Shown here piece by piece: positions 47,882 through 57,063 of a DNA stretch of 64,000 nucleotides (position 1 is its first letter; each line of letters begins with the position of its first letter). The DNA lies in NCBI GenBank assembly GCA_035353995.1, contig DAOQAL010000001.1, positions 4,020 to 68,019 of the forward strand, written 5' to 3'. The notes under the pieces were generated by a model. The model searched no databases. It was not told the DNA's origin and was given only the letters and a program-made list of their open reading frames with translations. Source of the DNA: Minisyncoccota bacterium (GTDB lineage Bacteria > Patescibacteriota > Minisyncoccia > Phycocordibacterales > UBA9973). Made by a program: the position numbers and the translations under genes.

Positions 47882-48145
47882 ATGTCGGAAAACAAAAAAA
47901 TTATGGAACCAGAAAAAAAATCACATGGAGCACTTATTGGCTCAATAATAATAATAGTCATTCTTATCATTGGTGGCATATATATATGGCAAAGTAAGGT
48001 AAAAGAAATACAGCTTGAAAAAGAAAAAGTAGAATTGCAATCAAAAGAGGCTGAACAAGCATATTTGAAAGAACTACAAGAGCTAGAAGAAGATGTAAAT
48101 TCAGCAAATACAAATGTAGATGTAGATGCTAATAAACTTGAATAA
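47882..48145 (+). CDS. Small single-TM protein with a coiled-coil tail
   Basis: 87 aa with a TM helix (LIGSIIIIVILIIGGIYIW), followed by a terminator. Confidence 0.4.
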   Translation: MSENKKIMEPEKKSHGALIGSIIIIVILIIGGIYIWQSKVKEIQLEKEKVELQSKEAEQAYLKELQELEEDVNSANTNVDVDANKLE

Positions 48146-48157
48146 TAGTTCAAACAA

Positions 48158-48186
48158 AAAACCCCGATTGCTCGGGGTTTTTTGTT
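48158..48186 (+). terminator. Intrinsic terminator
   Basis: AAAAAACCCCG-ATTGCT-CGGGGTTTTTTGTTTTT. Confidence 0.6.
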
Positions 48187-48243
48187 TTTATGTAAAAAAA
48201 AATTATATTTGAAAATAAACTATTTTTAGTATAAGATTTAAAA

Positions 48244-49356
48244 ATGACAAAAATAAACATAAAAAAACTACCAAAAAGCGAAATAGAGATTGAAGGAGAA
48301 ATAGAAGCTAATGTTTTTGAGTCTTATTTTGAAAAGGCATTAAAGAAACTTGGCGAAACAGTAGAAATAGATGGTTTTAGAAAAGGAAAAGTTCCTGAGA
48401 ATGTTTTGCTTTCCAAAATTCCTGAAATTCAAGTTTTAGAAGAAATGGCGGAAATGGCCCTTTTTGAATATTATCCTAAGATGGTTGAAGAAGAAAAAAT
48501 AGAACCTATATCAAGACCAGAAATTTCAATAACAAAAATTGCACGTAAAAGTCCTTTAGGTTTTAAAATAAAAACTGCAGTGATGCCAGAGTTAAAACTT
48601 CCAGATTACAAAAAAACATCAAAAGATATTTTGTCTAAATTAACAGATAAAGAAAAAAGCACAGAGGTTACAGATAAGGAAGTTGAAGATACTATTTTGG
48701 ATATTAGAAAATCCAGAGCACCAAAAGTGCATATGGCAGATTTAAATAAAGATAAAGAGGAACATGTGCATGATGAAAACTGTAAACATGATGAAAAAGA
48801 AGAAGGAAAAGATGGAGAAAAAGAAAAAGAAATAGAATTACCAGAATTTAATAATGAATTTGTACAGGCACTTGGACCCTTCAAGGATACAGAAGATTTT
48901 AAAGCAAAGTTGAAAGAAAATATAAAACTTGAAAAGATAAATCAAATCAAAGAAAAAACAAGATTAAAAATCGTAGAAAAAATAATAGAAGAAACAGAAG
49001 TAGAAATGCCTGAAATTTTAATTGATGTTGAACTAGATAAAATTATATACAGAATGGAATCTGATATTACAAATATGGGTCTTAAATTTGAAGAATATTT
49101 GAAACATATAAATAAAACCATTGAAGATATAAGAAAAGAATTTAGAAAAGATGCAGAAAAAAAAGCAAAACTAGGCCTTGTATTAAATGAAATATCAAAA
49201 ATAGAAAAAATAACAGCTGATCCTGAACAAGTAGCAAATGAAGTTGCCATGATATTAGAGCATTACAAAGAGGCTGATCCAGAAAGAGCTCAAATGCATG
49301 CCGAAAATGTACTAACAAATGAAGCTGTATTTAAATTCCTAGAAGAACAAAAATAA
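48244..49356 (+). CDS. tig: Trigger factor lacking a recognisable FKBP/PPIase domain
   Basis: N-terminal ribosome-binding domain with the GFRKGKVP signature, and a C-terminal arm region (LPEFNNEFVQALG...). The middle is a K/E/H/D-rich low-complexity segment instead of an FKBP fold. It lies upstream of clpP. Confidence 0.7.
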   Translation: MTKINIKKLPKSEIEIEGEIEANVFESYFEKALKKLGETVEIDGFRKGKVPENVLLSKIPEIQVLEEMAEMALFEYYPKMVEEEKIEPISRPEISITKIARKSPLGFKIKTAVMPELKLPDYKKTSKDILSKLTDKEKSTEVTDKEVEDTILDIRKSRAPKVHMADLNKDKEEHVHDENCKHDEKEEGKDGEKEKEIELPEFNNEFVQALGPFKDTEDFKAKLKENIKLEKINQIKEKTRLKIVEKIIEETEVEMPEILIDVELDKIIYRMESDITNMGLKFEEYLKHINKTIEDIRKEFRKDAEKKAKLGLVLNEISKIEKITADPEQVANEVAMILEHYKEADPERAQMHAENVLTNEAVFKFLEEQK

Positions 49357-49392
49357 TTGTTTTTATTCAAAAACAAGTAGCAAAAAAGCCGT

Positions 49393-49968
49393 TCATAAGA
49401 GAACGGCTTGTCTTTTTAATTTCCTCATCGTTACCTGAGCGCACATGAATTCGTCAGCATTGTAAGGGCTTAGCATACCATTTGATGAAATGGTAATGAA
49501 GTTGTCGGTTTCGGCAGCTCCAATCTCCGCCAGAGAATTGGTATTCCAAAACTCCATATCCTTATCCAACTCCAATAGAGCTGGCTTAAAGGCAAAGACT
49601 TCATAGCCTCCTTCATAGTTACTCCTAAACAGGATAGAAATTACAATAACATCAAAAACGGAACTGTCTCCTCTATTGTTCCGTTGTACATCCAATGAAA
49701 CAACAGCTTCAAAGACGCTGTCCGTGTGGAATTCATTTGTCAGAACGTTTACTTTCGAGATGTGCGAAGTGAAAACGTTGCCCATGCCATAACTGGTACT
49801 CCAAACTACTTCAACCGGAGCATTCACCAATTCAATAGTTGAAACTTTTTTTGTTTCGGGGACATTAAAACATTTCTGATACTGATCCGGAGTATATTTC
49901 TCGCAAGAGATCATAGTTATCCCAATTCCTAAAATCAGGATAATTGATAAGAGTTTTACCTGTTTCAT
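49393..49968 (-). CDS. Lipoprotein (lipobox ITMISC), GC-atypical
   Basis: Signal plus Cys lipobox; 191 aa. Local GC is about 40%. Confidence 0.45.
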   Translation of the reverse strand: MKQVKLLSIILILGIGITMISCEKYTPDQYQKCFNVPETKKVSTIELVNAPVEVVWSTSYGMGNVFTSHISKVNVLTNEFHTDSVFEAVVSLDVQRNNRGDSSVFDVIVISILFRSNYEGGYEVFAFKPALLELDKDMEFWNTNSLAEIGAAETDNFITISSNGMLSPYNADEFMCAQVTMRKLKRQAVLL

Positions 49969-50132
49969 CTTTGCAATTTTTTGGATTGTTAGAAATATGT
50001 TTTATTGGCTTTATGAAGAACTCTTATTATTATAGCATAATAATAATTAGATTGTCAATATCTTGCATATTTATCTTAAAAAGATAAAATTAATAGGTAA
50101 AATTTTATCAGTTTTAATTTCCTTAAACATAA

Positions 50133-50732
50133 ATGTTAATACCAACAGTTATTGAAAAGTCACAATTTGGAGAAAGAGCTTATGATATTTATTCAAGACT
50201 TTTAAAAGAGAGGATAATTTTTCTTGCAGGACCAATTGATGACAACACTGCAAATATAATTATTGCTCAACTTCTTTTTCTTGAATCAGAAGATCCAAAG
50301 AAGGATATAAGTTTTTATATTAATTCTCCTGGCGGATCTGTTACGAGCACAATGGCAATAGTAGACACAATGAATCATATCAGACCAGATGTTTCTACTT
50401 TTTGTGTTGGACTTGCAGCATCGGGTGCAGCGATTATTTTATCGTCTGGGAAAAAAGGGAAAAGATTTATTTTGCCAAATGCTGAAGTTATGATTCATCA
50501 ACCATTGGGTGGAGTAGAAGGACAAGCTACAGATATTGCAATTACAGCAAAACATATTTTGAAAACTAAAGACATATTAAATAAATTGCTTGCAAAAAAT
50601 ACTGGAAAGCCAGTAGCTCAAGTAGAAAAAGATGTAGAACGAGATTTCTTTATGGATGCTGAGGAAGCTAAAAAATATGGAATAATAGATGAAATCGTTT
50701 TAAAATCAAAAAAAGCAGAAAATAAAAACTAG
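50133..50732 (+). CDS. clpP: ATP-dependent Clp protease proteolytic subunit
   Basis: Ser-His-Asp triad contexts [16 protein letters not shown] and the N-terminal [18 protein letters not shown]. Confidence 0.9.
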   Translation: MLIPTVIEKSQFGERAYDIYSRLLKERIIFLAGPIDDNTANIIIAQLLFLESEDPKKDISFYINSPGGSVTSTMAIVDTMNHIRPDVSTFCVGLAASGAAIILSSGKKGKRFILPNAEVMIHQPLGGVEGQATDIAITAKHILKTKDILNKLLAKNTGKPVAQVEKDVERDFFMDAEEAKKYGIIDEIVLKSKKAENKN

Positions 50733-50993
50733 TTTTCATACAAAATAGGTAAAAACAATGTATAAAAATACATTGTTTTTATTTTATGAACGTAAATTTC
50801 GAAATATGGACAAAAAATATAATATTTGTTATATTAAATACGTTAGATTTTAAAAATTTATTTAAACTTGGTTTATAAGAATATTCCATATATGAGAAGT
50901 TTTTCAAAGGGAAATTTTCAAATCTTTATTTACGAGAAAAAGAAAATAGAACCATAATATAGTGGTTTGTTTTTGTAAGCCAAAAACAGGCTT

Positions 50994-52526
50994 ATGAGTA
51001 TAACATTAACGGCAGTGCTTATTGGAGCTATAGCGCTCCTTTTGGGCGTTCTGATAGGTTACTATTTGAGATTGGTTATTGCTTTAGGAAAAAGAAGATC
51101 AATTGAAATTGATATAAAACAAATGATGGTTGGTGCAAAGGAAGAAGCACAAAGAATAGTCGATGAAGCAAAAAACAAATCAGAGAGTAGGCTTGCAGAA
51201 TTAAAAGAAGAAGAGAAAAAGAAAGAATTAGAATTCAAAGATACTGAAAAAAGACTCATTAAAAAAGACGAGCTTTTAGATGCACGACAGGCTGAAATGA
51301 ATAAAGAAGCAGAGACAATAAAAACTAAGGTTGAAGAAGTAAAAAAAGTTCAAGAAAGAGTCCTAAAAGTTGAAGAAGAAAAGAGAGAAGAACTTGAGAG
51401 AGTTTCAAAATTATCTGAAGATGAAGCAAAAGGAGAACTTTTGAGAGATATAGAAAAAAAATACGAAGAAGATTTTTTGGTAAAAATACAAAAGTTAGAG
51501 AACAATAACGAAGAAAAATTAGAAGAAAGAGCTAAAGAAATTTTAGCTACTTCAATTCAACGCTTAGCAGTAAGTACAGCATCCGATTTGATGACAACAA
51601 CTGTTGCAATACCAAATAATGAAATAAAAGGAAAAATAATCGGAAAAGAAGGACGAAATATAAGAGCTTTCGAAAGAGTAGCTGGTGTAGAACTTATTGT
51701 TGATGATACGCCAGGATCAATTGTTATATCTTCTTTTGACCCTGTTAGGAGACAAGTAGCACGTGTTGCTCTTGAGAATTTAATTCTAGATGGACGTATT
51801 CAACCAGCAAAGATTGAAGAATTAGTAGAAAAAGCTAAAGAAGAAATAAATAAAATAATAAAAGAAAAAGGAGAACAAGCAGTTTATGAATGTGGAATAT
51901 TTAATTTTGATCCAAGAATCGTTGCTATTATAGGAAGATTATATTTCCGTACGAGTTATGGACAGAATGTTTTGCAACATTCAATTGAAATGGCTCATAT
52001 AGCAGGTATGTTAGCAGAAGAACTTGGCGCAGATGTTGCTATAGCAAAAGCCGGAGCTCTTGTACATGATATAGGAAAAGCTTTAGACCATGAAGTTCAA
52101 GGAACACATATTGATATAGGAATGAGAATTTTACAAAAATTCGGAGCAGATGAAAGAATAATAACAGCAATGAAATCTCATCACGAAGATTATCCTTATG
52201 AATCTATAGAATCAATAATAGTTCAAACTGCTGATGCTATATCTGGAGGAAGACCTGGAGCACGTAGAGATTCAGTAGAAAATTATTTAAAACGTTTGCA
52301 AGAATTGGAAGCACTTGTAAATGCATTTCCTGCTGTTGAAAAATCATACGCTCTTCAAGCAGGACGTGAAATTCGAATATTTGTTACACCAGAAAAAATA
52401 TCAGACACTGAAGCAAAATTAATGGCTCGCGATATTGCTACAAAAATAGAACAAGAACTAAAATATCCTGGTGAAATAAAGGTTACTATGATTCGTGAAA
52501 CTAGAATAATAGAATATGCTAGATAA
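50994..52526 (+). CDS. rny: Ribonuclease Y
   Basis: N-terminal TM helix, coiled coil, KH domain (GKIIGKEGRNIRAFERVAGV) and HD domain (HSIEMAHIAGMLAEE...VHDIGK). Confidence 0.85.
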   Translation: MSITLTAVLIGAIALLLGVLIGYYLRLVIALGKRRSIEIDIKQMMVGAKEEAQRIVDEAKNKSESRLAELKEEEKKKELEFKDTEKRLIKKDELLDARQAEMNKEAETIKTKVEEVKKVQERVLKVEEEKREELERVSKLSEDEAKGELLRDIEKKYEEDFLVKIQKLENNNEEKLEERAKEILATSIQRLAVSTASDLMTTTVAIPNNEIKGKIIGKEGRNIRAFERVAGVELIVDDTPGSIVISSFDPVRRQVARVALENLILDGRIQPAKIEELVEKAKEEINKIIKEKGEQAVYECGIFNFDPRIVAIIGRLYFRTSYGQNVLQHSIEMAHIAGMLAEELGADVAIAKAGALVHDIGKALDHEVQGTHIDIGMRILQKFGADERIITAMKSHHEDYPYESIESIIVQTADAISGGRPGARRDSVENYLKRLQELEALVNAFPAVEKSYALQAGREIRIFVTPEKISDTEAKLMARDIATKIEQELKYPGEIKVTMIRETRIIEYAR

Positions 52527-52669
52527 AAAAATACCTCTTGCCCTTAAAAAACCCTTAGTATATAATATATAAGTAGTAATTTTATAAGAAAAGACCCACA
52601 TTCCTCCCGTATAACAATGGGAAAATGGTGTGGCAAGGTCGAAATATTATAAAGAAGACTTTAAATAAT

Positions 52670-52942
52670 ATGAATAAACAAGGATTAATAGAATGGGTAC
52701 ATGGTAAACTTGGTGGTACTAAAGTACAAGCTGAGGAAATCGTTGATGGATTGTTTGATACTATCATCGCAACAATGAAAAAAGGTGGTGAAGTTTCAGT
52801 TGCCGGATTTGGAATTTTCTCAGTAAAAGCTAGAGCTGCAAGAATGGCTCGCAATCCAAAAACTGGAGAGCAAGTTAAAGTAGCTGCTACTAAAGTTCCA
52901 AAATTCAGAGCTGCAAAAGCTTTGAAAGATGCTGTAAAATAA
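52670..52942 (+). CDS. hup: DNA-binding protein HU (start taken at MNKQGLIEW)
   Basis: HU fold signature GFGIFSVKARAARMARNPKTGEQVKVAATKVPKFRAAKALKDAV. Confidence 0.85.
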   Translation: MNKQGLIEWVHGKLGGTKVQAEEIVDGLFDTIIATMKKGGEVSVAGFGIFSVKARAARMARNPKTGEQVKVAATKVPKFRAAKALKDAVK

Positions 52943-52973
52943 TCTTTTATCTCGAGATAAAAGAACGATAATC

Positions 52974-53004
52974 AAAAATCCCCTTTAAAGGGGATTTTTG
53001 TTTT
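52974..53004. terminator. Bidirectional terminator between hup and lexA
   Basis: AAAAATCCCC-TTTAAA-GGGGATTTTT. Confidence 0.55.
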
Positions 53005-53009
53005 AATAT

Positions 53010-53573
53010 TTAGTATTTCCTAATTACTGCTTTCAGTTTTGCTAAAATATTTAAACTCCTAGATGGATAAATTGGTTTAAAATTTTTATTTGCCGGCTCT
53101 AGCCAAACTTTATTTCCACTTCTTCGAAAATATTTCATTGTAAACTCTCCGTCAACTTCAGCAATTACAATTTCTTTATCTTTCGCTTGATTTGTCTTCT
53201 CAACAAGAACCATATCCCCTTTTTCTATATGTGCATCAATCATTGAATCGCCATCTACTTCAAGCATATAAGTAAGAGATTTATTACTAATTAAAAAATT
53301 ATCTAAATTTATTGTATCTGATATTTCTTCAACATCAGAAGGTATACCAGCTTTTACTAATCCAAGTTTTGGAATTTCACCAAATGTTTCTGTTGGAATA
53401 AGTCTACCTAAATGATCTTTTGCAACTAATCCAGCTTCTGTTAGTTTATCAACAATTTTTGCAACTGCATTTTTAGATTTGAAATTAAAAAGTTTAAGCA
53501 TCTCAGAATATGTTGGCATTCTATTATTGCTTTCGTAAAAACTTTCCAATTTTGTTTGGTAAATATTTTTCAT
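53010..53573 (-). CDS. lexA: LexA repressor
   Basis: N-terminal wHTH, then the S24 peptidase domain with the Ser-Lys dyad context (EVDGDSMIDAHI...KYFRR) and an A-G-like cleavage region (LVKAGIP). Confidence 0.85.
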   Translation of the reverse strand: MKNIYQTKLESFYESNNRMPTYSEMLKLFNFKSKNAVAKIVDKLTEAGLVAKDHLGRLIPTETFGEIPKLGLVKAGIPSDVEEISDTINLDNFLISNKSLTYMLEVDGDSMIDAHIEKGDMVLVEKTNQAKDKEIVIAEVDGEFTMKYFRRSGNKVWLEPANKNFKPIYPSRSLNILAKLKAVIRKY

Positions 53574-53587
53574 TCTTTAATAAAAAT

Positions 53588-53794
53588 TTAAAAAGAAGAA
53601 AATATGGGAAAAAATTTCCAAGTTAAACTCTTAAAGAAATTTTGTCTTTTTAGATAACGCATTCTTCTTAACATTAACTTATGATCTCTGGCCTCTTTGT
53701 GATATTCTTCCCCTCTCATTATCTTAAGATCTATTTGTCTGTTAACTTTTTGAATTTCTTTTTCAAGCATTTTTAAATATTGTTTTTGTGACAT
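53588..53794 (-). CDS. Small basic protein (68 aa), unknown
   Basis: ORF between the GIY-YIG gene and lexA on the same strand; K/R-rich. Confidence 0.3.
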   Translation of the reverse strand: MSQKQYLKMLEKEIQKVNRQIDLKIMRGEEYHKEARDHKLMLRRMRYLKRQNFFKSLTWKFFPIFSSF

Positions 53795-53831
53795 AAATGA
53801 TTTTTAATGAACGTAGTGAATATAAAAATCT

Positions 53832-54107
53832 TTACCCAGTTAAATAAGATTTGAGCCTATTCCTCAGAAACATTCGACCTAGATAGGTCTTGAGATATTT
53901 CTCGCGATGCATAGCATCACGCTTATCTCGACAGGCCTCAGAATAAACAAGTTCTAGCGGCCTGCGATCTTTTGTGGAAGGAACAAGCCCTTTCGAATGT
54001 TGCTCAAATCTTGATTTCAAATTGTTCGCATAACCAACATAGAAATTGTTATCTCGTCTAGAAACTAAAACATAGACGTAATAAAATTTTGTAAAATTTG
54101 AAATCAT
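53832..54107 (-). CDS. GIY-YIG nuclease-domain protein (YhbQ/UPF0213-like), GC-atypical
   Basis: YYVYVLVSRRDNNFYVGYANNLKSRFEQH is the GIY...YVG motif, with conserved Arg and Glu. 91 aa, catalytic domain only. Confidence 0.7.
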   Translation of the reverse strand: MISNFTKFYYVYVLVSRRDNNFYVGYANNLKSRFEQHSKGLVPSTKDRRPLELVYSEACRDKRDAMHREKYLKTYLGRMFLRNRLKSYLTG

Positions 54108-54179
54108 TTAACCGGGTACTATTTCTATCTAAATATATACTCGCTTTGCTCGTTATATTAATAATATAAATAGTATAAG

Positions 54180-54193
54180 TGAACGAGCGTTCA
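54180..54193. promoter_or_regulatory. Cheo-type SOS (LexA) box TGAACGAGCGTTCA
   Basis: GAAC-N4-GTTC palindrome about 75 bp upstream of the GIY-YIG gene, which heads the GIY-YIG, small ORF and lexA gene string on the minus strand. Confidence 0.5.
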
Positions 54194-54222
54194 CCTGTCA
54201 ACTATATCCTGTGGATAACTAA

Positions 54223-55773
54223 TTATCCATTTACTTTTGGTCTATATTGTATGGCTTCGAGAATATGTTTTGCTTCTATCTCTGGAGAATTTTCTAAATC
54301 AGCAATAGTGCGAGCAATTTTTATAACTCTATGATAAGCACGAGCAGATAATGCTAATCGTTCAGCGCTGTCATCTAATAAGTCCCTAACCTCTTTTTTT
54401 AATTTTATTATGCTTGATAAATCTTTTACATTCATCTCACTATTTGTGCTTATATTCCTACCAAGTTTTTGAAAACGATTCCTCTGAATTTCTCTTGCTT
54501 GAGCAACTCTCTTTTTAATTGACTCGCTTTTCTCACCACTACCTTCTCCCCCAAGTTTTTTATAATCGATATTTCCAACTGAAACCCATAAATCAATTCT
54601 ATCCATAATAGGTCCTGATAATTTTCTTTTATATCTATCTAAATCTGAAGGTTTGCAAATGCAAGCTTTTTGTTTTGATCCCGCATTGCCACAGGGACAT
54701 GGGTTCATTGCAGCAATTAAAATAAAATTAGAAGGAAAAATTGCAGAACCTTTGGCTCGTGATATTGAAACAATATTATCTTCAAGCGGTTGACGCAAAG
54801 ATTCCAAAACTCTTTTTTCAAATTCTGGAAATTCATCCAAAAACAAAACTCCCCTGTGCGCTAATGTGACCTCGCCAGGTTTAGGAAAAACTCCACCACC
54901 AATTAAAGAAACGTAAGATGAAGTATGATGTGGTGAACGAAATGGTGGAGTAGAAACCAACTCCCCTCTTGTCGTTCCAGCAACAGAATGTATGCCAGTT
55001 ATTTCAAGAACTTCTTCAGAGTTCAAATCTGGCAAAAGACCAGAGAATGCACGAGCCAACATTGTTTTTCCAGTACCTGGAGGTCCATACATTGCAATAT
55101 TATGTCCACCAGCAGCTGCAATTTCGAGTCCACGCTTTGCTCCTTCTTGTCCTCTTACATCAGAAAAATCTGCACCTTTTCTTTCTTGTTGATATTTTAT
55201 TTCTGTTTTTGGTTGAACAACAATTGGTTTATTTTTAATTTCCGAATTATTTTTTGTTTCATTTATATGAGAAACTATTTCAGATAAATTTTCTACACCA
55301 AAAATTTTTATACCATCAACCAATGCTGCTTCAATTGCATTTTCTTTTGGTAAATAAATTTCTTCAAAACCACGAGCCTTTGCTTCTTGCACAAGCGGTA
55401 ATGCCCCACGAATTCTTCTTAATGTTCCATCTAATGCTAATTCTCCAAGAAAAATTCTTTTTTCAGGATTAAATTTTATATCTTCAGAAGCTATCATGTA
55501 AGAAAGTGCAATAGCTAAATCAAAAAATGGCCCTTCTTTTTTAAGATCGGCTGGTGAAAGAGAAACAATTATTTTTTGATTTTTTGCTTTTGGCGATTTG
55601 AATCCTGAATTCTTTATAGCTGAGCTAACTCTATCTTTTGATTCATCAACAGCTTTATCTGGCAAACCAACAACTGAAAAAGCATGAAGTCCTCGTGATA
55701 AATCCACTTCGACTGTTACGATAGTTCCGGTAAGCAGGTTTACTTGTGCTGAATAAACTCTTGCAAATGCCAT
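54223..55773 (-). CDS. comM: Mg-chelatase-like AAA+ ATPase ComM/YifB
   Basis: Lon-like N-terminal domain and AAA+ core (GPPGTGKTML), arginine finger and a C-terminal Mg-chelatase helical domain. 516 aa. Confidence 0.8.
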   Translation of the reverse strand: MAFARVYSAQVNLLTGTIVTVEVDLSRGLHAFSVVGLPDKAVDESKDRVSSAIKNSGFKSPKAKNQKIIVSLSPADLKKEGPFFDLAIALSYMIASEDIKFNPEKRIFLGELALDGTLRRIRGALPLVQEAKARGFEEIYLPKENAIEAALVDGIKIFGVENLSEIVSHINETKNNSEIKNKPIVVQPKTEIKYQQERKGADFSDVRGQEGAKRGLEIAAAGGHNIAMYGPPGTGKTMLARAFSGLLPDLNSEEVLEITGIHSVAGTTRGELVSTPPFRSPHHTSSYVSLIGGGVFPKPGEVTLAHRGVLFLDEFPEFEKRVLESLRQPLEDNIVSISRAKGSAIFPSNFILIAAMNPCPCGNAGSKQKACICKPSDLDRYKRKLSGPIMDRIDLWVSVGNIDYKKLGGEGSGEKSESIKKRVAQAREIQRNRFQKLGRNISTNSEMNVKDLSSIIKLKKEVRDLLDDSAERLALSARAYHRVIKIARTIADLENSPEIEAKHILEAIQYRPKVNG

Positions 55774-55812
55774 AAACTTTAATACACCTCTTTTTTTAAA
55801 AAGGTATTATTA

Positions 55813-56175
55813 TTAATTGCTATTTATATGTTTTTTACAGGTTCTAGCGGAAGGATTTGCCTCTAATCTAGCAAGTTCAATATCTTTTTTGCAAATATCA
55901 CACTTACCAAAAGACTCTTTTCCGATTCCTTTTAGTGCTTTAAGAACGTTAGCAAGCTTTGTTTGTAAAACTTTTGTCATGGAGCTTTTTGCTTCAAAAT
56001 CTTCAAATCTATCAGCCATATCATTCTGATCTGTCTCAACATAGCCAATTTCTTCTGGCGTAGCTTCCCATTCATTTGTTTCTGGATTTAACTTTCCCAT
56101 ATCTTTTAATCCATCGACTAAAGAATCCCTCTCTTTTTCTAATTTTTCTTTTAATTTATTTTTATCTAATTGCAT
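55813..56175 (-). CDS. DksA/TraR-family C4 zinc-finger protein
   Basis: Coiled-coil N-terminus and C-terminal CDICKKDI...ARTCKKH (CxxC-N17-CxxH/C) typical of DksA/TraR/YteA. Confidence 0.65.
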   Translation of the reverse strand: MQLDKNKLKEKLEKERDSLVDGLKDMGKLNPETNEWEATPEEIGYVETDQNDMADRFEDFEAKSSMTKVLQTKLANVLKALKGIGKESFGKCDICKKDIELARLEANPSARTCKKHINSN

Positions 56176-56209
56176 GCCCGTATAATATCATTTTAATTTT
56201 TAAAAGCAA

Positions 56210-57061
56210 CTATTTTTTTACCTTACTTGAAGCAAGACGTAGAATCAATTCTTTAACAGTATTTTCGTTATTTGTTATTACCAATGAATCATTTTCAACA
56301 AATACATACATAAGCACTATATTACCTTCATTATCATATAGGACACGTGCATTTTTATTTTGAACAATACCATCTTCAAATTTTTTTTCTAATAGATATT
56401 TTGTATTTGCATTTAAATTGATACCGAAGAAACTATGTAAATCATAAAACATTTTGTCTTCCCAAGAATGCATAACATCAAAAACATCGGCAATAGAACG
56501 CATTTTAATAAGAAAGAATAAATTTTTTGCTTGATTATTTGATACACCCATTAAAAAATTATCTTTGATAAATTCAATTTTCCCTGAATCAAGATTAAAT
56601 TCAGAAAGTTTAAGAAAATCTCTAAAACCTAAAACTGCATTGTTTTTTGTTAAGTAAATTGCCTCTACTCCACCAGCCTTAAATTCTGACATATTAACTT
56701 CATTTGAAATAGTATTTATTATCTGTTCCCTATTTAACTCTGAAACTTCTTTAAATTCTGTTTTATCTGTAAAGATTATCGGCACATATTGTGGCGTAAC
56801 TTCAACAGTAAAAATTTGTTTCTTAAAAAGAAATACTATAACGATTGCAATTACCGACAAAAATACTAATATTGTACCGACAATCATTAGTATTTTGTTT
56901 TTTTTATTTTCCGGAGAGAGTTCTTCTGCTTCTTCGTCACGATTTTCTTGTTCTTCAATAATTTGTTTTATAGATCCATTCTGGCTATCTCGAAGAGCCT
57001 TCGCCATATCATCAGCGAAGGTTTCTATTTCTATTTTTTTTATTTTATCTTCATTGTCCAT
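56210..57061 (-). CDS. Single-pass membrane protein, unknown
   Basis: Acidic N-terminal region, one TM helix (ILMIVGTILVFLSVIAIVIVFLF), and about 200 aa of extracytoplasmic domain. Confidence 0.4.
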   Translation of the reverse strand: MDNEDKIKKIEIETFADDMAKALRDSQNGSIKQIIEEQENRDEEAEELSPENKKNKILMIVGTILVFLSVIAIVIVFLFKKQIFTVEVTPQYVPIIFTDKTEFKEVSELNREQIINTISNEVNMSEFKAGGVEAIYLTKNNAVLGFRDFLKLSEFNLDSGKIEFIKDNFLMGVSNNQAKNLFFLIKMRSIADVFDVMHSWEDKMFYDLHSFFGINLNANTKYLLEKKFEDGIVQNKNARVLYDNEGNIVLMYVFVENDSLVITNNENTVKELILRLASSKVKK

Positions 57062-57063
57062 TA

